A DNA stretch of 63,397 bases, the filler included, from Nemertoderma westbladi (lineage: Eukaryota > Animalia > Xenacoelomorpha), in assembly GCA_032718475.1 (NCBI GenBank). It is 4 parts of 4 records of this genome, joined end to end, with 100 filler letters (N's around TTAATTAATTAA, not from the genome) between each part and the next. Parts side by side here need not be neighbours in the genome. Positions count along the whole stretch, not along the records: positions 1 to 26,471 come from JAUCBJ010006580.1; 3 more parts are not named here. The stretch is one strand, 5' to 3'. How positions within the stretch are numbered: position 1 is the stretch's first letter; each line of letters begins with the position of its first letter. The notes below the pieces were generated by a model. That model had not been told where the DNA came from. It was given only the letters and a program-made list of their open reading frames with translations, and did not search any database. Below are positions 1 to 11,880 of the stretch, piece after piece. Made by a program: the position numbers and the translations under genes.

Positions 1-322
1 TTGATTTTGAAAAAGTTACAAATAAAAACTCGATTATCTCAGAATGTCATTTTTGCACTTTGTCTTTTCTGCCAGATCAGCGACGATATGGCTATTTCAA
101 TTTTAATGCATTGTCATTTATATTTTGGTGGAAGGCGAGACTAGTTCATTACGGGGCGTATAATGGTGTGGCATATTTGTAAAGTAATGCACAACTTCCG
201 CCGTAATATTAACGACATGATTTGGCTGTTACCCCCTGTTTACATCCTCCAGGCGTGTGCCCCAGGCGACGCCCTTGGTCCGGCGTGCGGGTGTAGGGGT
301 ATCTGGAGTGGTGGTTGGTTCC

Positions 323-3300
323 TTATGGTTGGTCGAGGTGTCTGGAAGAAGGAACCGTCTGTTCCGGTCCAGGGTCCATCCGGATGGTATACCGGTGGTT
401 TGCCCTGGCCTCCGCGACTGTGCCAGCACGGTCCCATCGTTTGGTGGCCAGGTTCTGTATCCTGACGTGGGTGCCAATGGGCAACAATGGGAGGGCTGTT
501 GTGCCCCTGTTGTAGTGGGCCGTCCGAGTCTCTATTAGAGTCAGTGTGATCCGGTCGAGTTCCGTCCGGGCTGCTTGGTGAGTCTGGGCAAACGCATTGT
601 GGTGTGCCGGCACCCGCGAACGCATGGGGTGGCCGTACACCGTCTCGGCCGGTGAGAGGCCACTCTCCCGAGGGCCATTGCGGAGTTCCAGGAGCCCTTC
701 CTGGAACTTCTCACTGGTGATGTTGCCTCCCGTCTTGATTAGGAGGCCCTTTATGGCTTTCACGGCCGACTCCGCGTGGCCGTTTCCCTGGGGATACTCT
801 GGGGATGAGGTTACAGGAGTGACTCCCCAGGCGTAGAGGAACGTTGTCAGCATTGCAGCCGTGAATTGGGTACCGCCGTCCGACCGGAAACGGGTCGGTA
901 CACCATACTGGCTGAACCAGGTCCGGAGGGCGTCAACCGTCCGGGCTGCAGTGGGTGCGGACGGGAACGAGTATACGTCCGGCCACCCGGAATAACGGTC
1001 GGCCACGACGATGTAGTGGCTCCCTCCCGACTGGAAGAAATCGGCAGATATATACTCAAATGGACGCGTCGGCTGTGGTTCCTCCATCATGGGTTCCTGG
1101 GCCAGACTGGTCCGTTGCATGAGGCAGTCGCTACAGCTGGCGACTGTTGTCCGGATGTCGTTGCTCATGCCCGGTCAGTAGACGCACTGGCGGGCACGAC
1201 GCAGGGTTTTCTCCACCCCCTGGTGGGACGAGTGGAGGTGGGCTAGGGTGGTCCTTCACGCCGCTGCAGGTATCACAATGCGCCGCACATGTAGGATGAG
1301 GTCCCGATCAGTGGTCAGTACATCCCTGACCGACCAATAGATCCGGACGGCCGGGTCTGACTGGGTGGATTCCGGGAATCCTGCTTCCACCACGCGGAGC
1401 AGGGCCTTATAGCCGGGATCGTCCCGGGCTTCCTTGGAGAGAGCCTCCAGCACTGGATCGGCGAGGTGCTCAGTGAGTGGGCCAGTAATTTTGGCGGGCA
1501 GTTTGCACTGTAATGGCGCATAGGTATTTCGCCATGTCGCCGTCGTCAACGAGGTTGTCCTGCGTCGGGTCGTCAACAGGAGCGTGGGATAAGGCATCGG
1601 GGATGGCATGGTCTTTCCCCTTCCTCCAGGTGGTAGTAAACTGGTAGCCGGCCAGTTTGCTTTTAAGCCGCTGGAGGCGCGTGTTGTCAGTCGCATCGAT
1701 GGTGTATTTGTCGAGGATGGCCACCAGCGGTTTATGGTCCACGATCAGTTCGAAGTGTGGGAGGCCAAACAGAAAGAGGTGACATTTCTGGACCGCCCAC
1801 GCGACGGCTAGCAGCTCCATCTCCACCGTCGCGTACCTGGATTCCGTGTCCGTGGTGAAGCGTGACCCACACTCCACCAGTCTCCAGGTCTCTCCGTGGA
1901 GCTGGAGTAGTGCATATCCCAGTCCCTTGAGTCGCAAGGCGTCATTGACCAGCTGAGTGGCCAGGGCTGGGTCGAATGGTGCGAGGATGGGCGGGGTTGT
2001 GAGTGCCCGTTTTGTCGCCTAGAAAGCTCGCTCATGGTCGCTTGTCCAGATGAATGTCGACTTGGTGCTGAGTAGTGGACGGAGTGGTGACATGGCCGAG
2101 GCAATCTCGCCAGAAAATGGAGCCAGCTGTTCCACGAGCCCCACGAAATTCCGGAGATCCGTGATGTTCCCCGGACGAGGGAAGGAAGCGATGGCACTGA
2201 GCTTGGCTGGATCGGCGCGTATGCCGTCCGAGCCAATCAGGTACCCAGCGAATTTCACCTCGCTCTGAGCGAACTGGATTTTACCAGGGTGTAGGGTGAT
2301 CCCCTGGGTCCGGCACCTCTCTAGGAACCACCGCACGTCGGACATATGCTTCTCCATAGTGTCGCTATAGATTAGCACATCGTCCACAACCTTGACGAGG
2401 TTGGGCAGTCCCTGAAGGGCATCATCTCTGCGGCGGTTGTATTCGTCGCCAGGCGAAATTAACCCCATCACGCTGCGGAGGTGGCGATAGCGGACCCAGG
2501 GGGTCGCGAATGTGGTGAGGAGTTGCGACTCCTCGTCGAGTGGGACTTGCCAGTATCCACTGGCGGCGTCGAAGACGGAGAAAACCCGAGCCGTTGTAGA
2601 AACTCCAGCAACCGCCACCCGTGGATTCGGGGTGGGGTAGTATGGGCGTCGCACCTGCGAGTTTAGATGTCGCAGATCGACGCACAACCGGAGTTTCCCG
2701 CTTGGTTTTCTCGCGACCGTAAGCGGGTGGGCCCAGTCCGTGGGTTCCTCGACCTGTGAGACGACCTCCCGTCGCTCCAAGTCATCCAGGAGTTCTTTGA
2801 CCTCATCCCGCAATGCGAACCGTTTACATGGAACGGGGTAGCATTCTCCTTGAGCTCGATGTGCATGGGCGGACCCTGCATGGTCGGTAACGGGGCCGAA
2901 GGGTCGTCCAGTACATCTGCAAACTCGAGGAGGAAAATCCACCCTGGTTTCGGGAACTGAGAAGGGGTTGTTGTCCCGCACAGATGCCGTGTTGCAACTG
3001 AGGGGAGTTGGGAAGTTGGTGGGGAGGATCCGTAAGTCCTGGATCACGGCCTTCGAGAGGATCAGGCCTTCCACCTCCGGAGAGATGAGGAGATCGGTCG
3101 TGGCCGACGCTCCCTCATACTCGATCCGCGCCGGAACCGTCCCAGAGTCTCTAGGGGGAGTCCGTCGGCGGCAACGAGGTTTACTCTGTTTCACTGGAGT
3201 AGGTCCACGCGCTTTCCCCCCGAGTCGGAGGAATTCCTTCTCGTTGAGGAGCGTGGCCGCCGCGCCGCTGTCTGGAAGGGCGTTCCAAACTCGCCCCAGA

Positions 3301-4543
3301 GTGGCTCTGTCCCGGGAATCGCTGAGTTTGACTGTGACATAGGAGAGGTCACATGTCGCTGGGTTGGAGGTGATGCGGTTTATGTCATATCGACGTATAA
3401 CCATGTTGAGTTTCTTCGGCGCAGTTGTCTTGTCTTTGGAGCGACAGACCGACTTGAAGTGGCCCGTCTTCCCGTAGCCGTGACAGACCACACCCTTGCT
3501 GGGGCACTCCTTGACCTTATCGTGTGCCTTGTGGCTGCAGTTTCCGCAGTTGTGCTCCTGATTGCGTCCTCATGGAGGGTTGGATGAGCGAGTATGGGAG
3601 GCGGATCACTCGCGTTTGTACATTGACAGTTTGGCTACGGGTTTACCGCTCGCAAGAATTGTCTCATTACGCCCACTCACCTCGACGCCCTGGGCGATGT
3701 GGACGCAGTCCTCCAGTGACGGCTGTTAGAGGACCTTTAGGAACTCTGTGCGTGTCTCGGAGCACTGGATTCCCACGAGAATCTGGGTCACAATCTGCCG
3801 GTCACGGCAGTGTCCACATAGATCGGCATTGTCGGCGAGCTCCTCCAGGGCGACCCGGAAGGAATCGAACGCCTCGTTGGGGCCCTGACGCCGCTCGTGG
3901 AATTGTACCGCGTCGATGGCGATACTCCATTTGGCGTGGAGGTGTCCCTGTATAGCGTCGAGAATCAGCACCGGGGTTGTGTCTGTGCTGTCGATGTCGA
4001 CGTAGGGTGACTCGCAGCGTTTCTTGAAGGACGCTCCCCAGCGCTGCGGCGAGTGCATAGACCTGTTCGCCCATTGGGAAGTCAGCAACCTGCTGGCGCT
4101 GGGCGTGAACACCCCACGTGCGTCGCCATCGTCGGAACGTGGCGTAGTCGACGCTGGTGGCAATGCGTTCCAACGTGGCGATGTCAATGACGCGGCGACG
4201 CGGAGGAGAGGGGTTCGATGCAGCCTGGGCGAACGTCGGTGGCCCATGTTGAGCCGCAATAGGAGCGGTAGCGACGGGCTGCAGCGCTGCTAGGAGTTGC
4301 GCCAGGCGTGCGTCCGTGGCTGCCTGGGCGGCTTGGTTGTCCACCTGCTGCTGCGCGAGGCGAGCGTCGGTGGCTGCCTGCTGCTGGGCAAGGAGTTGAG
4401 CCATGGCCGCCTGGTTATCCGCCTGCTGTTTCGCGAGTAGCATCGCGAAGTCGTTGAGTTTAATGGGGGGGGGGGGGGGGGGGGTTGCCCTCCTCATCGT
4501 CTGATGCGGCGGGGCTTTGTTTCTTCTTGAGCTTGGGCGGCAT
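323..4543 (-). pseudogene. Frameshifted/stop-disrupted gag-pol polyprotein
   Basis: Likely ATG at 4543 (MPPKLKK). Gag fragments in ORFs 3802-4497 and 3726-4259; degenerate zinc knuckle CHGYGKTGHFKSVC; protease LPDSGA; RT LRLCVDLRHLN...KVVDDVLIY; RNase H GLGYAL...IVDHKPL; integrase ISADFF...RSDGGTQF...NGHAESAVK. These are split over several frames. Confidence 0.9.
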
Positions 4544-4626
4544 GTTCGATATCGATGCCCCAGTTTTCGCGAAGAAGTGCTGTCGATACAGCGATAGAAT
4601 TTCCAACGTTAGTTCGAACGTTAAAA

Positions 4627-4637
4627 GAATTGCGCCA
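4627..4637 (-). promoter_or_regulatory. Primer-binding site (tRNA identity not determined)
   Basis: Minus strand TGGCGCAATTC directly after the LTR-terminal CA. Confidence 0.55.
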
Positions 4638-4861
4638 TGTGGTGAACCATGATGTATGGTTCAGGAGAAGAGCAGAAGAACGGAATAAATATGACAGGTC
4701 TCCCAGATCTAAATATTATTCTCCATATATTCATATATGCACATGCTGATCAATACAGTAATCCCTACCTGTACCTTATAACCAGTAGGCCTACACAAAG
4801 TCATGGTTGCCATGCAACGCACTAAACAATATCCCTAATACTAAGTAGTAGTATTCCCACA
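4638..4861 (-). repeat. 5' LTR (224 bp)
   Basis: Bounded by TGTGG...CCACA inverted termini. On the minus strand it is followed immediately by a TGGCGC PBS-like sequence and then gag. Confidence 0.75.
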
Positions 4862-5105
4862 GTAACCATTTTAGTTACCAATTGAGGGAAAGGAGCAGGT
4901 TTTTCTAACCAAAACAATAAACGATGATGTTACCAATTGAGGGAAAAGAGCAGGTTGCAGAGATGGGTTTTTCTTAGTAAAACAATAACCTTTGTTGTTA
5001 TATCGAATGTAAAAATATCTACAGATAAAAATCCTGCAAATAAAATCCAATTGGGGTGGGGGGGGGGGGGGGGTAACAGCACTGGGGTGTAACAGGAAAA
5101 TACGA
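4862..5105. repeat. Fragment of the repeat family found intact at 18478-19518
   Basis: Contains TTACCAATTGAGGGAAAGGAGCAGGTT...CTAACCAAAACAATAAAC units and GTGTAACAGGAAAATA, both shared with that element. Confidence 0.7.
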
Positions 5106-5552
5106 ATATATTTGCAGTTATTTATAATAGGAGAACTGTCTCTGTTTAGTCATTAGTATATAATGTACAGTAGTTATTGTGATACCAGTTTTTTTTCCAT
5201 AAATCATAAATATAAATATGGTGGTGACAAATAATATGCAGTTTATTTTTTTATTTGTCTTTAATCGTTATATATTTAACCAACTGCCGCTTCTCGAAGA
5301 GAGGTCAGTAAATCATCGGGTTCGAAAGAACGTTTGTTTTCTTTCCACTTACTTGACCGCAGTTTCTACCTACTATTAATTGGTAATCGAAAGAAAATCC
5401 CGAACACTACCAATGAAATTTCGATACTATTATATTATAAATAATATGCCGCTATTATTGGATTGATCTTGTTACTTTCACATCCTTGAGCTAATTTTAT
5501 AAACAGAAGAGTTCGCGATACTCTAACGTACTGTAAGCAACAAAATCGGTAG

Positions 5553-6187
5553 AACTTTATAAACACGTTCGTGGGGACTTCGCGCAGCACGTAGTCGGCA
5601 AGCCTTGGCATACGGTTCATATAGAGCAAATGGGGCATGTCTAGTTTGGACCCCATATCCCATGCTATAAATGTATTCATTCGATATACAATCATATGTT
5701 AATCCGCTAGGTGGTGTCAAATTGTTATTCTGCAATTTCGTACTTACCAGTGCAGCACTGTACAGCAGTACCGTACCGGTAGGCCTATGTCATTACTTCT
5801 GAGTCTCTAGCGGATCCCCAATTAAATGTCTTAACTTTTCAATTTCGTAAAAGATAGACTTCATGATTCTCTACAGGCCACCAAAATTTCAGCTCAGGAA
5901 AATGAGGCCTTCCCGAGAAATTTAACATTTTCTAAAAACCACATAATCTGTCGTAGCTGACGTCAGACTGCATGATTTTTCACCAAACTTTACAAACTTT
6001 CTAAACTTTCTCTCTACTACTTACCTACTAAGTTTGGTTCAATTCCGAACGAGCGATGCCGAGAAATTCGCGTTCAAACATTTACCAGACAGACGGACGG
6101 ACAGACAGACAGACAGACGGACATGCCCCATTTGCCCTATATGAACCGTATGCAAAGGCTCGCCGACTACGTGTCTCGCCCCACAGT
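5553..6187. mobile_element. Non-autonomous element ending CTCGCCCCACAGT, with subterminal inverted repeat and GACA microsatellite (superfamily unresolved)
   Basis: Near-perfect ~54-bp inverted repeat 5588-5641 vs 6120-6173; (GACA/GACG)n at ~6087-6122. Both ends match the ends of 51764-55388 in opposite orientation. Confidence 0.7.
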
Positions 6188-7624
6188 TCCCTTTCGTTTT
6201 CATTGGCAAGATTTACAATGTTTGAGACATACAGAATCGTCCCCCCTTCGCTATCCTGCCTCCCTGGTGACTCCAAGATTTTGGCCTCAAGGTCATCAAG
6301 AAAGTAACTGTGAGAAATGGTGGCCACTATTTGTCCAGTGGAGGATAGCCGTTCCGTACTGTAGTAGTGTAGTGTAGTATACAGTAGTACAGGTAGGCAT
6401 ATGGCTCCTTAACCCAGAACCAAGAGGGTCCTAATTTCAAGTCCAGAATATGCTCTTAGTAAGATGGTCTATGCATCAACAGGTGGCACCTCATTTAAGC
6501 TACCTGCTGCATGGAGCGATGTAGGTCACAGGTTTTCTGGTTCAATGGCCCAGAAGAAGATAGGGGAGGGGGGGGGGGGGGCTTTCGATGCAATCAAAAT
6601 TTATATCATTCAGGGAAAATAATTATACCTTGTGAGTGGGATCAGATATACAGTATTTCACGGAGATGGGTGGATATTGCGTCCAGTTTTTCCACCTGTC
6701 CCCAGACAACCTGACCTGACAACCAAATTTACTCCAATGTAATATAAATAAATATTGTGCATGACTTACATGTCTTTGCGTTACAAACGGTAACAGCTAA
6801 GGATCCCAGAATCAGCAGTATGGAAATCTGAGATAACATCTTTAAAGTTTCTATGTCTAACGTTAATGTTAATCTGAAACAACAATATTTTAAACAATTG
6901 GTGGTTGTTTTTAGTTTAAATTTTTATGTAATTTTTTTCAATATTGGCTTACACATGTAATTTATAATTGAAATTCCGGTACTTGACACTTTGACTCCGC
7001 AACGTACAATAGGTACAGTACACATATCTGTACACATATTATAACGACATACTACAGTAGGTACAATAGTCCTACAGTAAGTTATTAGTTTATTAATTAT
7101 TTACTATTTATACTGTAATTACGTTTTATAATAAATTGTTCTGTACATTACATCTTTATCGCTGAGTCGGACATTGTCACGCTCTCGGTAAAGTTGTACA
7201 TGTACATAGTGTAATTACGTTTATATAGGTTTTAGGTTAGCGTACTGTAATATTGTATTTGTAAACAAGTAACATAAAGGACCCCCTTGGAAATAAGCTG
7301 CAAAGCTTTAGGGGTAATCCTATATGTTATGTTGGACAATACCTTTATACTGGTACATTGTTTGGTGTATTTGTTATTGTTTTTACTATCTATCTACAGT
7401 ATAACGTACGCCTTTGGCATATCCCGCCCGAATGCCCAGAATTAATACATCAGTAGCAGGCCTACAGTCCCTATCTCATTCTGAATATTATTTCTCAAAC
7501 TGGGTATCATTTCTCAAACCTTTTACTAATGATAGTCAACGGAGAATTTCAGTAGGTAAGACTGGGGTAAGAGTTGAGAAATCAGATAGATGCAGCCAGC
7601 TCAATCTAACTCAAACTAGAGTCT

Positions 7625-7825
7625 GGCGCCATGGTTTGAGTTAGGTTGACTTCCAACTGTGCCATACTCAGCATTACTCTTCCTGTACGGGATGGATAAT
7701 TACTCTGGTTGAGTGAGGCACCACATGGGGAAGGGGCCTCTGTCTGTTGCTTGCTATAGGGGCTGTTGCGCTGTCAGTCAGAGAGGTAACAGCCCATGGG
7801 GTAAGGATTTACCCATGGGGCGCTA
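7625..7825 (+). repeat. Dispersed SINE-like repeat body
   Basis: GGGCTGTTGCGCTGTCAGTCAGAGAGGTAACAGCCCATGGGGTAAGGATTTACC recurs inverted at ~18368-18421. The SINE assignment is by resemblance only. Confidence 0.5.
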
Positions 7826-8345
7826 ACTATCAGATAGTCTGATACCAACTGTCAGACAGTCTTTTTCAACTATCAACTTTTAACTTTTTTTAACTTTAAC
7901 TTTTATTAAACTATTCCCACACAAATATTGATATTAAATGATATAATAATGCATGCACAACACAATAATATGAACTGATAGAAACAAGCTATTATTATTA
8001 ATAATATAGTATTTAATTACATTGTGAATTTAAAATAATTGGATTAGATTTGCGTGGCTGGTGCCTGCACGGAGGATCCCATTATTTCAGACACCAGTTT
8101 AAACAAACAAACAATATACATACAGTAGAGAAAAAAAAAACCTTATACAATTCTTAAAATGGGCCTACAAAAAGCTTACTGTTGCGACAAAACTAATTAT
8201 AATACGTACATTAATATGTTTAAATTTATTATTGATACATAGAATAACAATAACTAGCAGAATATAGAAAACAAGTGAAAATTATAATAACTAAATGATA
8301 ACAATAACTAGCGAAATAATTATAGAAAACAAGTGAAATTGATAC

Positions 8346-11300
8346 TTACGTTGTAGTTATAGTAGTACCCCTTAAGAAATTATTTAATTTGTACTTAAAT
8401 TGTAATAATCCGCTAGACTGTCGCACTGCAAGAGGTAGACCATTCCAAATTACTGGTGCTAGGGCGTAAATAGATTGAGTTCGGATTTTTAGCCTATTTC
8501 GTAGACGGAACGCATTTTGAGATTGTGAGGATCTTGTCTCATGGGTGTGTACATTTGAAACGGGTGTTAATAGGTCGGGCAATATCCCATGGGGGGTTAT
8601 ATTACGGATAGACTTAAAGGAGAGGATAGCTACTTGTTGAGTAAAAATGTGATTAAGTGTAGGTGGTGAAAAATTAAGATCGCGATGTTGAATTATTGAA
8701 ATAATTTTCTGTTGGTGTTTGTGCAATTTAAAAATGTTTGTTATTGAAACAACATCATAAACTTTTCGCCTCCTCCTCCTTCTATGTCTAAATTTTGATC
8801 TGGTGTAACTGGGTACTAGTTGTTCAGTATTGTCCGTTATTGATTTACCCCAAACTACCGTACAGTAACTTAAGTATGGATGGACCATTGCGTAGTATAG
8901 AGCTGCTAAAGATTCTGTAGTCATAAATGATTTTACCTTGTTTATAACACCTATATTTTTACTAATCTTCATACTTATTTGGTGTAGATGGTACTTCCAG
9001 TTTAGTCGCTCATCTATGTGTACACCAAGGAATTTGGCCACCTTTACTCGAGTAATGTCAATGTTATTAATGTGAATTGGAGTTGATGGACTGATGATCC
9101 GGTTGCTTGTATTGAAGATAATATAGTTTGTTTTGCTGATATTCAAGGATAGGCGATTGACACAAAACCATTTTTGGAGATTTTGTAATTCAGAGTTCGT
9201 ACTGGCAATCAGGTTATCAATATTATTACTAGAGTTAACTATGCTGGTGTCGTCCGCAAATAAAACAAAACTAAATATTTTGGAGACATTGGTTATGTCG
9301 TTGCAGTATAGGAGGAAAAGCAGAGGACCTAGAATGGACCCCTGGGGCACCCCGCACTGGATAATTTTTTGTTCGGAACAAATATTGTCAATGGCTACAT
9401 ATTGTTTACGTTGGAACAAGTAACTTTGGAACCATTCCAATGCAACACCTTTTATTCCATAGTGTTCCATTTTGCTTAATAGAATTGCATGGTTAACCGT
9501 GTCAAATGCCTTTGATAGGTCTATTGAGAGTGCTAATGTTGATTGTTTCTTTTCAAGGGATGATGTAATTTTGTCTACAAGTGTTAATAATGCTAATTGC
9601 GTTGATATGTTTGCCTGAAACCCAAATTGTGATGGCGATATAATTACCTGGTGGGTGACATATTTTAGAAGTTGTTTAGCAACAACTTTTTCGAAAATCT
9701 TAGAGAAGAATGGTAAGACCGATATTGGTCTATAGTTTTTAGGAATCGTGGGGTCATCACATTTAAAAATTGGAACAACTCGTGCAATTTTCAGACTGTC
9801 TGGTACAATACCGGTGCGGAGAGAGCAATTAATAATATATGTTAGAGGTAATAGGATCGGCTGTAATGAGTTCTGGACAATTTTACCACGGATACCATCA
9901 TGACCGGGGCTGGCCTTTGAATCAAAATCCAAAACTATTGTTTTAATATCAGAACATGAAACACTATTAAATTCATCTAGATGATAATTGGGAAATTTAA
10001 TTGGTGATAAATAATCAATGGGATTACCTTCGACTATTGGTATCTCTTTGTCAAGATTAAAAGCTACACGAGAATAATACTGATTCATGGAGGTAGCAAT
10101 CGTTTTGGGTTCCGTGGCAGTACGGGAATCATGATGAATTAAAGTCGGCCCAGATGTTTTGTTGACTTTGCGGTTAATTAGTTGATTTATAGATTGCCAT
10201 ATTTGTTTCACTGTTCGAGTTTTACTGTCCATGGCGTTATTAAAATAATTAATTTTAGACCTTCGAATGATTGTCTTCAGTGCATCGCGATATTTCACAA
10301 ATTTTTCTTTGGCTTTTTCATTTTTATGGATGAGGTAATCGTGGTAAAATCTGTCTTTTTTCTTGATACATTTTAATATATTATGCGGTATCCATGGTGT
10401 TTTGGGATTTGCTAATTTTATTCGTTTGATTGGAAAGCACTCATTATATATTTTTGAGTAAATTGCTACAAATTTATTGTACATATCATTTGCATTGTCA
10501 TGGTCACTAGCTAGCAGCAACATGGTATTCCAGTCAAAGCTAGAGAGTTTCTCATTAAAAATTGTACTGTTTTTTTCAGAATATTGCCTCTGTAATACAA
10601 ATTTTTTAATGTCTCTCTTACTAAGTTTGCTGTTAAATTTACTGAGGAGAAATATGGGTAGGTGATCTGTTAAATTACATATAAAAATACCAGAGTCGAG
10701 AGAAGTAGGAAGCGTGTTTACAAATATGTTATCAATTAAGGTAGCAGTTGTGTCAGTGATACGGGTTGGTTTAGAAATGGTTGGGTGAAAACAATGAGAA
10801 GTCATTAAATTAAAAAAATCACTTGTTGGTGCATGCTGTTCTACCTTAAGGAGGTCCATATTATAATCCCCCATAAGGTAACAAATTTTGCCCTCGTCTG
10901 TAATTTTTTGTAATATGATGTTTAGTGATGTGATGCTGTCCTGAATGCAATGATCAGGGGGTCGATAAATGACACCAATTAAGATATTTTTACTTTTCTC
11001 TTGTGGAATTTCTATAAATAGTGAATCCAATCCATTTCCATTACTCGGAAGCTTGGAAAGGTCATCACGTGGTATAGCTGATATTGTGTCTTTAATGTAA
11101 AGACCAACTCCCCCACCCAACTTTGTTTCCCTATTTTTTTGAAAAAAATTATATCCTTCCAAATTATAATTGTCGATTATATGCCTATCTGCATTTAGCC
11201 ATGTCTCACTAATTCCTATAGCATCAAATTTTATTGATATTTGTTGTTTTATATATGCAGATATGTTCTCAAAGTTGCCTGGTAGGCTCCTTGAATTTAG

Positions 11301-11807
11301 GTGAAGTAAAGACAAATCATATAAATTTTCGTTATTGAATTTTTCATTGAAATCATCTGAAAAGTAGTATGTACAATTTTTGATGTCAGAAAAATCAGAA
11401 TATAAATGCACATCAGGGTTGAATTCTGTGTCGAAGTCGTTATTTCCAACGGCTTTTAAATTATAAGGTTCGAAAAAAGTTGAGTTTAAAGCAGAAATAT
11501 CTATGGTGTCCGGAATTCGGTAGTCAATTATAGTGAAAATAAATTCATCGTCATCTACAATATTCATAAATGGTAGATTTGATGCAATGCATTCAGGGCA
11601 AAACCATGGGAGGACTGAATTTTGGAAGTAACGATAATCACCGCGTTGTAGAGAAGGTCTAATACACTTTGAATGTACCCAGCACTCACATATTTCACAA
11701 AATATAGCAGATTGGTTTGTTTTAACAGCAGTGCGACAAGCCTTACAGGGATATTTGATTGGATGATTAATAGATAATTTGGGTACTTTGATACTTGGGA
11801 CAGCCAT
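8346..11807 (-). CDS. LINE ORF2: PHD finger + APE endonuclease + reverse transcriptase (1153 aa)
   Basis: N-terminal C4HC3 PHD (CKAC...CEICECWVHSKC...WFCPEC); APE motifs HLNSRSL, ISETWL, MGDYN, IDNIF, TDHLPI; RT motifs NYRPISVL, DLSKAFDTV, GVPQGSILGP, LFADD, KFLGV. Confidence 0.97.
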   Translation of the reverse strand: MAVPSIKVPKLSINHPIKYPCKACRTAVKTNQSAIFCEICECWVHSKCIRPSLQRGDYRYFQNSVLPWFCPECIASNLPFMNIVDDDEFIFTIIDYRIPDTIDISALNSTFFEPYNLKAVGNNDFDTEFNPDVHLYSDFSDIKNCTYYFSDDFNEKFNNENLYDLSLLHLNSRSLPGNFENISAYIKQQISIKFDAIGISETWLNADRHIIDNYNLEGYNFFQKNRETKLGGGVGLYIKDTISAIPRDDLSKLPSNGNGLDSLFIEIPQEKSKNILIGVIYRPPDHCIQDSITSLNIILQKITDEGKICYLMGDYNMDLLKVEQHAPTSDFFNLMTSHCFHPTISKPTRITDTTATLIDNIFVNTLPTSLDSGIFICNLTDHLPIFLLSKFNSKLSKRDIKKFVLQRQYSEKNSTIFNEKLSSFDWNTMLLLASDHDNANDMYNKFVAIYSKIYNECFPIKRIKLANPKTPWIPHNILKCIKKKDRFYHDYLIHKNEKAKEKFVKYRDALKTIIRRSKINYFNNAMDSKTRTVKQIWQSINQLINRKVNKTSGPTLIHHDSRTATEPKTIATSMNQYYSRVAFNLDKEIPIVEGNPIDYLSPIKFPNYHLDEFNSVSCSDIKTIVLDFDSKASPGHDGIRGKIVQNSLQPILLPLTYIINCSLRTGIVPDSLKIARVVPIFKCDDPTIPKNYRPISVLPFFSKIFEKVVAKQLLKYVTHQVIISPSQFGFQANISTQLALLTLVDKITSSLEKKQSTLALSIDLSKAFDTVNHAILLSKMEHYGIKGVALEWFQSYLFQRKQYVAIDNICSEQKIIQCGVPQGSILGPLLFLLYCNDITNVSKIFSFVLFADDTSIVNSSNNIDNLIASTNSELQNLQKWFCVNRLSLNISKTNYIIFNTSNRIISPSTPIHINNIDITRVKVAKFLGVHIDERLNWKYHLHQISMKISKNIGVINKVKSFMTTESLAALYYAMVHPYLSYCTVVWGKSITDNTEQLVPSYTRSKFRHRRRRRRKVYDVVSITNIFKLHKHQQKIISIIQHRDLNFSPPTLNHIFTQQVAILSFKSIRNITPHGILPDLLTPVSNVHTHETRSSQSQNAFRLRNRLKIRTQSIYALAPVIWNGLPLAVRQSSGLLQFKYKLNNFLRGTTITTT

Positions 11808-11880
11808 AATTAACTAGACTATATAATTATGAAATTAAAACTTTCACTATTAATACCATACAGACAGGTATTAACTACAC

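Larger units (their letters stand above)
236..4861 (-). mobile_element. Decayed Ty3/Gypsy LTR retrotransposon; 5' LTR present, 3' LTR missing
   Basis: Minus-strand gag-PR-RT-RH-INT order (Gypsy order), one LTR at 4638-4861 and an adjacent PBS. No second LTR copy is visible at the left end, so the left boundary is approximate. Confidence 0.9.

Noticed and set aside
1-235. Expected 3' LTR of the Gypsy element
   Set aside because: Does not match 4638-4861; probably the end of an unrelated repeat that cannot be classified here.
163-4293. Many plus-strand ORFs over the Gypsy element
   Set aside because: Antisense shadows of GC-rich gag-pol sequence with no recognisable motifs.
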